Shown here: positions 49,377 through 61,886 of the stretch, in pieces
How the letters are laid out: every line of letters begins with the position of its first letter
Numbering within the stretch: position 1 is the stretch's first letter
From: Octopus sinensis
Lineage: Eukaryota
Assembly (NCBI RefSeq): GCF_006345805.1
Contig: NC_043018.1
Span: 26,102,001 to 26,166,000 of the forward strand
DNA: 64,000 bases
Direction of reading: 5' to 3'
The notes under the pieces: model-generated
The model's database searches: none
Seen by the model: only the letters and a program-made list of their open reading frames with translations
Told to the model about the DNA's origin: nothing
Program-made: the position numbers and the translations under genes

Positions 49377-49377
49377 A

Positions 49378-49674
49378 GAACCATCTGAACGTGGCCGTTG
49401 CCAGTGCCACCCTGACTGGCCTCTGTGTCGGTGGCACGTAAAAAGCACCATCCGATCATCGCTGTTTGCCAGCCTCGTCTGGCACCTGTGCCGGTGGCAC
49501 ATAAAAAGCACCCACTACACTCACGGAGTGGTTGGTGTTAGGAAGGGCATCCAGCCGTAGAAACATTGCCAGATCAGACTGGGCCTGGTACAGCCTTCTG
49601 GCTTCCCAGACCCCAGTTGAACCGTCCAACCCATGCTAGCATAGAAAGCAGATGCTAAACGCTGATGATGATGA
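49378..49674 (+). mobile_element. Family C copy
   Basis: Core and (GAT)n tail. Confidence 0.88.
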
Positions 49675-50882
49675 TATATATATAATCTTTTACTTGTTCC
49701 TGCCTTTCAGCTGCAGCCATGCTGGGGCTTTGCCTCGCAAAGTTTTAGGTGAATGAATTGACCCCTCCCCCATCCCCGCTATTTTATTTTTTTAAAGCTT
49801 GGTAATTTTTCTATTGGCCCCATGTCTGAATCACTAAGTTACAGGGGCATAATCACACCAGCACCAGTTGCCGAGCCGTAGTGGGAGACAAACACAGATG
49901 CACACATATGCATATACAAAATCATGCACACACACATACACACACACACACATACATATACACATACATACTCACACTCATACACATCACTGAAGGAGAG
50001 GGGAGACAGAGACCCTTTCGTACACATGGAGCATAACTTTGGACCAATACAAATTTGATTGACTGCTTGGTGCAGCACATCAATTTACTAGTCATATTTT
50101 TTACCATTTATTGAAGCAGCGACTTATTTTGCTGTCTTTGGAGAAAGATAAAATGTTGTGTCAAATTCCAAACTCTGAACCGCACACTACCAAATCAATC
50201 AGTTTGTGCAGTCATTCCCCCATCTACTGCCGTGTCATTATCCTGTATCAAATGGCAAATACTGGACGGCATTAGTAGAGAAAATATGCAATTTAGGTTT
50301 ATATGCATGCATGTGAAAACAATAATTTTGCAATTATTGTCAGAGGAATTTTGTTACCAAAGATAAGTGGATAATATATTATTTATAAATCTCGTTAGTG
50401 ATCAGCTTAAACGTTGTAATGCGATACAGGCTACTAAGTGAGGCTAGATCCTAAAAACGTCCAATTATACTGCAAAAACTAAAAGCAACCATCAATATAA
50501 AATATTTAAACGTTTCCATCATAAGAATGTACTGTACGCTAATCTCTCAGAAGTTAGCCATCGACCATAATTGCAGTAAGGTACAGAGGTCGGTCAGTCA
50601 GAGATAATGCTATTTTAAAAATAGGTAAAAATAATTTCCGTCTTTTGAGCATCTGAGACTTGGCAGTCAGAAATATAATCCACACCTATAATTTTATGGT
50701 CTGGATAAATATTATATATATATATATAATATATATATAATATATATATAATCGGTGGTGTTTTAACAAGTCTTGAAATGGTTGTATGACACTGTGTGTG
50801 AGTACACACACACACACAAACATAAATATATACATGAATATATATATATATATATATATTATATTATATATATATATTATAT

Positions 50883-50916
<34 letters not shown>

Positions 50917-50963
50917 ATATTATATATATAGATATAGATATATATTATATGTAAATAAGATAT

Positions 50964-51003
<40 letters not shown>

Positions 51004-51732
51004 GCAGCCAGCAAGCTTGACCCAAATAGGTAAAATATACATAAAAATTAGGGTTCCAAATGTACCATCTTTGCTAGAAAGAGGAGTCAACCCTCCAAAA
51101 CCTAATTTTTATCTATATTTTACCTATTTTGGTTAACCTTTTTGATACCAACCTGCCTGGAACCAACTCTGGCTTTGTAGTGCAAATGTCTCTTTTTCAA
51201 AAGATTGAATTGAAATCTTCCACCAAACCTTAGACATAATTTGTGTTCCTAATATTAGCTTAATGATAACTAAGTTATTTTACTAAATTCTTTGTTATAT
51301 TTAAAATTAATTGACGGAAACACAGAGCATCTCGGCAGAAATATGGTAACAAAACGGTTAAGCTTGCTGGCTGCTTTATTATTATAATTATCATTTTTAA
51401 TAATAATGGTATCTTATTTAAATTTTTAGCTTACTCACTATTTGTTCATTTTTGAATGTCGCAGGGGCATTTAAGTGAACAGACACGCATGGTGTAGTGA
51501 ATATATTTTGGAAAATAGTTTATCAGTAAGCTCTCAGATGATGATCCTAAGTGTTTTTAGCACAAAAGCTGAAATCAGTTGATACTGAGATGTCTGTACT
51601 TTTCTTTGTAGTTTTGCAAAAGTTAGGGCATTAACCATGTGCGTTTTATTTATAGTGAGAAATTTGTGGTTTTGGAGTACTGTCCTCTCTTTCTAGCAAA
51701 GCTGGTACAATTGGTACACTAATTTTTATGTA

Positions 51733-52146
51733 TACTCTTTACTCTTTTACTTGTTTCAGTCATTTGACTGCGGCCATGCTGGAGCACCACCTTTAGTCGA
51801 GCAACTCGACCCCAGGACTTATTCTTTGTAAGCCCAGTACTTATTCTATCGGTCTCTTTTGCCGAACCGTTAAGTGACGGAGACATAAACGCACCAGCAT
51901 CGGTTGTCAAGCAATGCTAGTAGGGCAAACACAGACACACAGACATACACGCATACATATATATATATATATATACATATATACGATGGGCTTCTTTCAG
52001 TTTCCATCTACCAAATCCACTCACAAGGCTTTGGTCGGCCCGAGGCTATAGTAGAAGATACTTGCCCAAGGTTCCACGCAGTGGGACTGAACCTGGAACC
52101 ATGTGGTTGGTATGCAAGCTACCTACCACACAGCCACTCCTGCGCC
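51733..52146 (-). mobile_element. SINE family A, full length
   Basis: Family A motifs. Confidence 0.9.
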
Positions 52147-53214
52147 TATAAATGTATATGATTGTATATAAATGTATATATTTGTATATGTGTATATATA
52201 AATATGTAAAAAAAAATTAACAGAACGAGATAAAAATCCAAGGCTGTGAAAGATTTCAGAACATTTATAAAGAGAAGGTCTTACAGCTGTTTCCGGGATA
52301 TTTTATATATCCCTTCATCGGAGACAGTGTGAGAAAATGGTTAAGCAATAGTTAATTCAGATAACATATGAAATAAAGAGTGAAGTGGAGGAATGAAAAT
52401 AGATGTGAAATATGCAGGGATATTGTATCTGTAGTTCCATTATTTAGGCAGAATATATACACATGCTGATATATGACCTACGTAGGTCATATATATATAC
52501 ACACATACATGCACACACATATTTATATGTGCATATTTATATTCTTATATGTACATATAGACAAATATATTTATATACGTATTTATATGTAGAGGTTATG
52601 GGAGGTAATGGTGTCAATAAGACCCAAAGGTGTCAGGTAATGCTGAGTAAGTGCTATTAACAGACTATAGTTAAGCTCCAGGTTCGGTGATTATACAAAT
52701 GAGGAGTCCTACGTAGGTCATATATCAGCATGTGTATATATTCTGCCTAAATAATGGAACTACAGATACAATATCCCTGCATATTTCACATCTATTTTCA
52801 TTCCTCCACTTCACTCTTTATTTCATATGTTATCTGAATTAACTATTGCTTAACCATTTTCTCACACTGTCTCCGATGAAGGGATATAGTAAATATCCCG
52901 GAAACAGCTGTAAGACCTTCTCTTTATAAATGTTCTGAAATCTTTCACAGCCTTGGATTTTTATCTCATTCTGTTAATTTTTTTTTACATATTTATATAT
53001 ACACATATACAAATATATACATTTATATACAATCATATACATTTATAGGCGCAGGAGTGGCTGTGTGGTAGGTAGCTTGCATACCAACCACATGGTTCCA
53101 GGTTCAGTCCCACTGCGTGGCACCTTGGGAAAGTGTCTTCTACTATAGCCTCGGGCCGACCAAAGCCTTGTGAGTGGATTTGGTAGATGGAAACTGAAAA
53201 AGCCCGTCGTATAT
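51979..53214. repeat. Long inverted repeat: ~508-bp arms (51979-52486 / 52708-53214), ~220-bp spacer
   Basis: The arms are near-identical reverse complements covering both the SINE half and unique or Penelope-like sequence. Confidence 0.95.
52869..52916 (+). ncRNA. Minimal hammerhead-like motif (core variant CCGAUGA); mirror copy at 52278-52325 on - strand
   Basis: gucu-CCGAUGA-agggauau(aguaa)auaucccg-GAAA-cagcu-GUA-agac; palindromic stem III ACAGCUGU. Confidence 0.55.
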
Positions 53215-55237
53215 TAGGAAGGGCATCCAGCTGTAGAAACTCTGCCAGATGAAATTGGAGCCTGGTGCAGCCATCTGGTTCGCCAGTCCTGAGTTAAATC
53301 GTCCAACCCATGCCAGCATGGAAAGTGGACGTTAAACGATGATGATGATGTAGGTAGGGAGAATGACAGATTGTCAGATAGACAGACAGACAAGCAGATA
53401 GATGCATGTGTGTGTATGTGTGTATGTGTGTGTGTGTGTGTGTATGTGTGTCTGTTTCCCATCACCGCTTGACAACAGTGTTGGTTTGTTTACATCCCCA
53501 TAACCTAGTGGTTCAGCAAAAGACACTGTGTATATATATATATATATATATATTTAAGTATATTTATATATATCACTAAGAGAGCACATTTGAAATGCGA
53601 TAATCTGAGAATAGAGTGGGGTGAGCCAAAAGCACAAGTTCTGCTGGGCTGTACATGTAACAATGTTCACAGACAATAAATGGAACTGTGTAGTTGCTGA
53701 GTGGTTTGTCTCCATCCCTGTAACTTAGTGGTTCATCAAAAGATAACTATAGAATAAATACCAGACTTTAAAAAATATCTTAGTTAACCTGTTTAGTTTG
53801 ACCACAGTCCAGTGATCAAAACAAATAAAAGGTGGAACCTAAATTTTAAGCAATAAGGTGAAAAGTTTGGATATGTTTCTATCTTATTTGGCCTCTTCAG
53901 CAAAGAATATTCTGACAGGCAGAGCAATTGTTAGAGAATAAGGAATCCTAAGATGCATGAAAGCAAATAAACGTGCAAGTATGTTACCGAGTAAGCACTG
54001 GAACCTAAATTTTAAGCAATAAGGTGAAAAGTTTGGATATGTTTCTATCTTATTTGGCCTCATCAGCAAAGAATATTCTGACAGGCAGAGCAATTGTTAG
54101 AGAATAAGGAATCCTAAGATGCATGAAAGCAAATAAACATGCAAGTATGTTACCGAGTAAGCACTGGAACCTAAATTTTAAGCAATAAGGTGAAAAGTTT
54201 GGATACGTTTCTATCTTATTTGGCCTCTTCAGCAAAGAATATTCTGACAGGCAGAGCAATTGTTAGAGAATAAGGAATCCTAAGATGCATGCAAGCAAAT
54301 AAACGTGCATGTATGTTAGCGAGTAAGCATTTTGCAGATTTTAAATTTAGAAAAGAACTTTCAAGAATGCGGTAAAGTATATTTAAAGGTTGCACTCAGC
54401 AAAAATGAATAAATTGGGAAATGAGAAATAATTGAATTGTTCGCAGATGAATGATTTCTTTTTAATGAAGTAACACGATGAAAGATGTAATTCTAGGGAA
54501 AGAAATGCTTTTGAGTAATAAAATTCTGCGAAATCTTGGTATTACTATATTGGAAATGAATTGATATGATAACTGAAAAGATTTATTATATTCAATAAGA
54601 TTAATCCAGAGATAAAATTTAATTTTGTTTCTACCATTTTCTGTCTTGTAATTTAAAAAGGATAAAAACAGGAAAAAAAGAGAAAAGGAAAAATTAATCA
54701 AATACATATATAAATAACTGATCTACAAGACGTCTTAGAATATTGGTTTTTCCTCGTTTCATTTTTATATATTTTTAATTATTTATTTATTTATTTATTT
54801 TTACGCGCTTGTTTCAGTCAATGGACTGTGGCCATGCTGTGGCACAGCCTTTGAGGATTTTAGTTGAACAGGTTGACTGACTCTAGTGCTTATTGTTTTA
54901 AGCCTGCTACATATTCTATCAGTGTCTTTTGCTGAACTACTAGATTATGGGGATGTAAACAAACCAACACTGTTGTCAAGCGGTGATGGGAAACACACAC
55001 ACACATACACACACACACACACACATACACATGCATCTATCTGCTTGTCTGTCTGTCTATCTGACAATCTGTCTATCTCCCTACCTACATCACCATCATC
55101 ATCATCATCATCGTTTAACGTCCACTTTCCATGCTGGCATGGGTTGGACGATTTAACTGAGGACTGGCGAACCAGATGGCTGCACCAGACTTCAATTTCA
55201 TCTGGCAGAGTTTCTACAGCTGGATGCCCTTCCTAAT
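53213..55237. repeat. Second inverted duplication: 53213-53528 is the reverse complement of 54920-55237
   Basis: The composite of family C fragment + (GACA) tract + family A tail is shared, junctions included. Confidence 0.92.
53834..54330. repeat. 166-bp tandem repeat, 3 near-identical copies
   Basis: tggaacctaaattttaagcaataagg...gagtaagca starting at ~53834, 54000 and 54166. Confidence 0.95.
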
Positions 55238-55691
55238 GCCAAACACTTCAAGAGTGTAATGGGTGCTTTTCTACTTAACTATCTACCTGTCAATCTATCT
55301 CTCAGTCTCTCTGTCCATCTATCTATCGATCTATCCATCTGCCTGTCTGTCTGTCTATTTATCTATCTATCTATATCTATCTGTATATCTATCTAATATA
55401 TCTATCTAGTTATCTGTCTATGTCTATCTGTCTATCTAAGCCTGTCTGTTTATCTCTCTATCTATCTATCTGCCCTTCCAAACACCAACCACTTTACAGT
55501 GTGGGCTGGATGCTTATAAGTGGCACCTGCACTGACAGGTTCACCAAGTACTTGCAAGACAAGAAAAAATATAAAAAAGAGTTTGAAGAGGGGTGGAGGC
55601 TTGGAGGAGGTGTTCTTGTGTTGGATGATGAAAGGTTATAGTGAGACAAATACAGGTGTCTTGCTGTAGAGGAAGTACAAGGTTACCCAGT

Positions 55692-55737
<46 letters not shown>

Positions 55738-55990
55738 AGGAATGAAGACAGAAACAGGTGTGCTACTGCAAAGGAAAGTGACCAAATTTCTGAACTGGTT
55801 GGAGAATCTTTGCATTGTCACTCTACTTGCTAAAAATAGCAGCTATATTTTCTTTGAACTACACCCTGTGTGTGTGTCTGTAAGAATTTTATTGTAGAAA
55901 TTGTATATCTACTCAAATTTTCATTACCCATAAGTGAGGAAAGAAGTCTTATAAACAAATCTATATTCTTTTTTTGAATAATGTATATTT

Positions 55991-56203
55991 CTTTTCTACT
56001 CTAGGCACAAGGCCCGAAATTTTTAGGGAGGGGGCCAGTCGATGAGATCGACCCCAGTACACAACTGGTACTTAATTTTTTGACCCCCGAAAGGATGAAA
56101 GGCAAAGTTGACCTTGGTGGAATTTGAACTCAGAATGTAAAGACAGACGAAATACCACTAAGTATTTTGCCCTGTGTGCTAACATTTCTGCCAGCTCACC
56201 GCC
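55991..56203 (-). mobile_element. SINE family B variant
   Basis: 16-bp TSD tgaataatgtatattt. Confidence 0.88.
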
Positions 56204-56584
56204 ATCTGAATAATGTATATTTGTAACCATTTTTTTGGTTGAGATATTTCAAATTTATTAAGGCAATGGGACTTACATAGAATACCAAATATTCTATTGT
56301 TTGGTTAATATCAATGTTTAAGATCTTTACTGGAATAACCATGAAATATTATTTCACAGTCAAAGGATTAAGCCACCGAGTTATGATTTGAGGAAGATCT
56401 GGCTGGCATTTCTAGCAAATCAAGCAACCATGGCTCAAAAATGTGTGTTGCTGTTTCAACTGGTTGAGCCTTTTACTTGCAGAAATCAGATATGTCCACT
56501 TAATTGCAAAAAGTAGTTTTTTTTATACCAATTTATCTTTTGTTGGGGAATGTCATGTTTGGAAATATTTTCTTTCGAAACCTC

Positions 56585-56967
56585 TTTTATCTTTTACTTC
56601 TTTCTTGGTTTAGTCGTTAGACTGCGGCCATGCTGGGGCACCCCCTTGAAGAATTTTTAGTCATATGATTTGACCTTGGTACTTATTATTTATTTTTTTA
56701 AAGTCTGGTTTTTATTCTGTCATCCTCTTTTGCCAGGGATGTAAACACACTAACACCCATTGTATGGATCAACACATACACAAAGACACTCACACACACA
56801 CTACGGGCTTCTTTCAGTTTCCGTCTACTAAATCTACTCCCAAGACTTTGGTTGGCCGGAGGCTATTGTAAAAGATACATGCCCAAGGTGCCATGCATTG
56901 GGATTGAACATGGAACCATGTGTTTGGGAAGCAAGCTAGCTTTTTACCACACAGCCATGCCTGCGCC
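56585..56967 (-). mobile_element. SINE family A, diverged
   Basis: Family A motifs. Confidence 0.8.
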
Positions 56968-58334
56968 TGTATGTTGTGTTTATTGAAAGAAAATAACTTA
57001 CAGAGAATACCAATTCTATTGTGATGTAGATTTTTAACATCAGGACCAGAATAACTATGGAATTTAATTTCACAGTTAAAGGGTAAAAAAAGATATTGAA
57101 AACATAAATATATTGGTTATATAATGTCTGGATAAAGAAAAGATGGCACAGGCATGAGTGGAACACTTTTGATTATAGATTTAAGCACACAATCAAAGGT
57201 GACTCGGGGCTAAATAACAACATCTGTTTTTGGAGTTACATTTAGACTGATTTATAAATATATATATATTATTTAACAAATCATAAAAATAATTGAATTT
57301 TATCTAAATTCTTATTCTATCATGAATATAGTTTATGTTTAATTAAAAGGTTAATAATACTGTTTTCAAACATCTGTTTTACAAAAGATGAACAAAAAAA
57401 GCAAAAAATGAAAGAATGTCCAATGGATGTTTGAATAATATTTTTTGAAAAAAATAAGTAATTGAATAGATTATAGATCTTTGGAAAAACATATAACATC
57501 AATAACTATTTTCCTTTTTTTTTTTTTGAATATACCAATATTCCACGCCTACTCATACACAATATTGTACACCTAGTGAGTTTCTCACCACTATTATAAC
57601 CTGTTTGCTGAAGTGTATACTTCACTGATGAGGTCTAATAAGATGGAAACACGCTCAGAGTTGGCTCCCATATTAACCTAAATTATTTAAATGATAATAG
57701 TCATTGAATTATGCTTTCATTAAATACAGTCTTTGTGTGGATTTATTTTTAAAATAATAACGAATTTATTAAAATAACATCATCATCATCATTTAATGTC
57801 CGTTCTCCATGCTAGCATGGGTTGGACGGTTCGATCGGGGATCTGGGAAGCCAGGAGGCTGCACCAGGCTCCAGTCTGATCTGGCAGTGTTTCTACAGCT
57901 GGATGCCCTAACTCTTTTGTTGCCACATTTCTGTTGAAGTACACTGTGTTTACTTCAGTTAATTTCGAAAATAATGAAGAATTTGGTAAAACAACTTATT
58001 CATTATTAAGCTGGAGTTTGAAGTATAAACAAAATGAAATTTTGATGGACGGTTTTAATTTAGAATGCTTTGAAACAAGGAGCTGATAACTTAGAGCCAA
58101 GGGTGGTTTCAGGCTTGTTGCTGTCAAAAAGGCCATGTTGCATTTCCTTCTCTGCATAGATTTTTCTAATTAGATATTGAATGATTACAATAGTGGATAT
58201 ATTAATAGCAACTTAACTATTATTTTTCATACAGATGGCTTATCTGAGTAACTGATCTAAATATCATGTTTCAATGGAAAATTTGTTTATCTTTTGAAAA
58301 TCATTAAATTTTATCTTTGATTAGCAATGTATTA

Positions 58335-58707
58335 ATAACAAGAGCACTCAGAGAGCGCAACCCTCTGCCAAGGCAACACCAGCATCCTCTCAACAATTAG
58401 TCGGAGATGATTTTTAAAATGAGAATATCTGAAATAAGTTTGACTGCTCTCACAAATGAAAATACTAAATATGAACCTGACTGCTCTCAAAAATTAAGTA
58501 AAAAAAAGCAGGAAAAATAATCCAGAATCCTTGTCCGGTACCAGATCAGTCCCAAAATGTAATCAGTTTGTGCCAGACATGAGGCCAAACATTCCTGAAA
58601 GTTTCATTTGAATCCATTCAGCGGTTCTTGAGATATCTTGTCCATGGACAAACAAACAAACACAACTGGAAACAATATCTCTGCCTTCACAAAGTCGGAA
58701 GTAATAA
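58335..58707 (+). mobile_element. Helentron-associated interspersed element (HINE/DINE-1-like)
   Basis: Starts taacaagagc, has ctctgccaagg near the 5' end, a core aatgtaatcagtt...gtttcat..gaatccat...ttcttgagatatc, a (CAAA)n tract and a 3' stem-loop ending gtaat. Confidence 0.65.
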
Positions 58708-58947
58708 TGTTGGTCTCAAATTTTGGCACAAGGCCAGCAACTTCAGAAAAGGGAGCTAGTCAATGTCATCAACTCAATGCTCAATCGGCACCTATTCCAT
58801 TGACCCCTAAAAGGATGAGAGGCAAAGTCGACCTCAGCTAAATTTGAACTTAGAATATTAAGCCAAAAGAAATGCTGCAAAGCATTTTGCCTGGCATGCT
58901 AATGATTCCACCAGCTTGCTGCTTTAATATGGAAGTATTAGTGAGAC

Positions 58948-59422
58948 CATAACCCGTGGCCTCTACCTGGGATGTAGCCAGTCCACTTATGCCAGTCCAC
59001 TTATGCATACCTTTCCTTCTTGGGACACAAAACTCTACTTGTGAAGACCTGTTGAGGAAAGTGAAAATCAAAATCAAAATCGATCAACATCAATGGAAAC
59101 TGTAGCTGTGATACCAATGCCAGTGGCACATAAGAAAACCATCCAAACGTGGCCATTGCCAGCGCCGCCCCGACTGGCCTCCGCACCGGTGGCCCGTAAA
59201 AAGCGCCATCCGATTGTGGCCATTTGCTAGCCATGTCTGGTACCTATGCCGGTGGCACGTAAAAAGCACCCACTACACTCATGGAGTAGTTGGCATTAGG
59301 AAGGGCATCCAGCCATAGAAACATTGCCAGATCAGACTGGACCTGATGCAGCCTTCTGGCTTCCCAGACCCCAGTTGAACCGTCCAACCCATGCCAGCAT
59401 GGAAATCGGATGCTAAATGATG
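58948..59422 (+). mobile_element. Family C, longest copy in the window
   Basis: Extends 5' to ccataacccgtggcctctacctggg. Confidence 0.85.
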
Positions 59423-59660
59423 AATAATAATAATAATAATAAGACGAAGAAGAATTTTAGCACAAGGCCGGCAAAGTTGGGGGAGTGGGTAAGTCATTTA
59501 CATCGACCCCAGTACTCAACCGGTCCTTCATTTATATACCCCGAAAGGATAAAAGGCAAAATCGATCTTAGTGGAATTTGAACTCAGGACATAGGGGCAG
59601 ACAAGATACTACTAAGCATTTTGCCTGGTGCAGTAACAATTCAACCAGCTGGCTGCTTTA

Positions 59661-59692
<32 letters not shown>

Positions 59693-59709
59693 AATAATAG
59701 TAGTAGTAA

Positions 59710-60027
59710 GCAAAAGGGGCTGATCGCTACCTAACTCAGATACCAGGAAACCCCAAAATGGCAGAAATTCAAAAGATAGTGCTCATGGGAACTGCTCATA
59801 ACCTACGCAAAATACTTTCTATGTAATCTCAAGTTTTAAAACAAATATAATTTTCGTTTTTTTTTTTAATTTTTTTTAGACATTCACTAATACAACACTA
59901 AATACAAAACCAAATATATGGCACACTAGGTATAACAACAACACAAACTTCCAACCTGTTGTCTCTTGAGGTTTCTGGGTGAGACTTGGAGCTAACTTGT
60001 ACAAATATAAAGCAAAAGTCAAACATA

Positions 60028-60065
<38 letters not shown>
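59710..60065 (+). pseudogene. 3' end of an R4/Dong-clade non-LTR retrotransposon in a (TAA)n tract
   Basis: AKGADRYLTQIPGNPKMAEIQKIVLMGTAHNLRKILSM* (stop 59824-59826) resembles the IQK.VLLGTA.ILRKVL C-terminus of R4/Dong RLE ORFs; 3' UTR then (TAA)n, the known Dong target. Confidence 0.78.
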
Positions 60066-60066
<1 letters not shown>

Positions 60067-60235
60067 GGAACTTTAAAAATGATAATTTATGGTTGCATGA
60101 TTAAGAATTTTTCTTTGCAACTAAGCAGTTATGGGTTCAATCTCGCTGGGCAACAGTTTAGCTGCCTTGTACCAATGCTTTGTGTTGACTAATATCTTGT
60201 GAAGAGAAATTTGATACATGGAAACTGTACAGAAG

Positions 60236-60369
60236 CACTAGCATAGCTAGGTGGTGGGGGTGGTACTTTTAAAGGGGTGGTACTTTTGGGTCTGCTGTAG
60301 GCAATATGAGGTTTTTTTATGGGGTCTGAGGTTGGCAAACGGATAGCACACACTCTAGCTACGCTAGTG
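60236..60369. mobile_element. 134-bp MITE with 15-bp TIRs (hAT-like)
   Basis: cactagcatagctag ... ctagctacgctagtg; degenerate 8-bp flanks tacagaag / tacgaaaa. Confidence 0.65.
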
Positions 60370-61854
60370 TACGAAAAGCATTATTATAGTGTATTTGTAT
60401 ATATATTTATTTATATGTGTGTGTTTGTGTTTGTTTTGATGTATGTGTATATCAGTGTGTGGGGAGGAAATGGGTGCATTTGAACAGAAATATCATGCGG
60501 TATTTAAGTTTAATTGAATTATCTCCCTCAACACACAGTCTCAGTACAGACACTGCTTTCCCTTAGCCTACAAGAATAATGAAATGTTCTACAGAACAGA
60601 CATGTATTTCTGCATTCATATAAATAATCTTTGGTAAAATTATTGTGGAATAATTTTTTCCTAAACTGAAATTAATAGCAAAGTTTCAAACAACTTAACA
60701 GAGGTCAATATAATCGACTAAAACCCATTGTAGGCAGTGCCCCCAGTGTGGTCGCAGTCCAATGACTGATAGTAGTAAAAGATTAAAAGGATAGAATTAA
60801 ATATAATTAGATAAATCTTTTAGAATATCCCTGTTTGCTTAGTCTTTTATGAATTAATGGCTAAAGTTCTGTTTTGAAAATTTAATAAATATTTCTGTTT
60901 TGTTGTTAACAGTACTCATATCAATGGAATTAAAACTATTATGGACATATTTAATATTAATAATGTTTGAACTTATTGTGATGCATTTAGTAAAAGTTGA
61001 TGCTACTGTTACATTTCATTCTAAACAAAGTAAACAAAATCCTTGGTGCTTGCTAGAAATATTGCAAATTTCCCAATTGCTTTTCTAAAGAACGTGCAGG
61101 CATGGCTGTGTCGTAAGAAGTTTGGTTCCCAACTGTATGGCTTCTGTTTCAATCCCACTGCATGGCATATTGGGCATGTGTCTTCTATTGTTGCCCTGGG
61201 CCGGCGAAAGCCTTATGAATAGATCTGGTAGATGGAAACTAAAAGAAACCTGTTGTATATGTCTTCTATCTTTTAATTGTTTCAGTCATTAGACTGTGGC
61301 CATGCTGGGGCATTGCCTTGAAGAACTTTTTAGTCAAATGGGTCCCCCCCCCCCCCACAAGTACTTATTTTTTAAACTTGGCACTTATTCTATTCTGTTG
61401 CCGAACTCCTAAGTTACGGGGGTGTAAACACATTAATAACAGTTGCCAAACACAGGCACAAAGACATGATATGGAAAAGTGGTTGTTAAAATGATGATGA
61501 TGATATATTGCCTAGTGTACCCTTAACGTAGTTCTCGGGGAGATTCAGCATGACACAGAGTGTGATAAGGCTGGCCCTTTTGAAATACAGGTACAACAGA
61601 AACAGGAAGAAAGAGTGAGAGAAAGTTGTAGTGAAAGAGTACATCAGGGTTCACCACCACCTCCTGCCAGAGCCTCGTGGAGCTTAAGGTTTTTTTGCTC
61701 AATAAACACTCACAATGCCCAGTCTGGGAATTAAAATTGCGATCCTACAACCATGAGTCTGCTGCCCTAACCACTGGGCCATTGTGCCTCCACACACACA
61801 TACACACACTCAGACACACACACACACATACATACACATATATATATATGTATA

Positions 61855-61886
<32 letters not shown>

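Noticed and set aside
58235-58247. Possible microexon (tttttcatacAG|atggcttatctga|GTaact)
   Set aside because: 13 nt would shift the frame after a phase-0 exon, and such signals arise often by chance in AT-rich introns.
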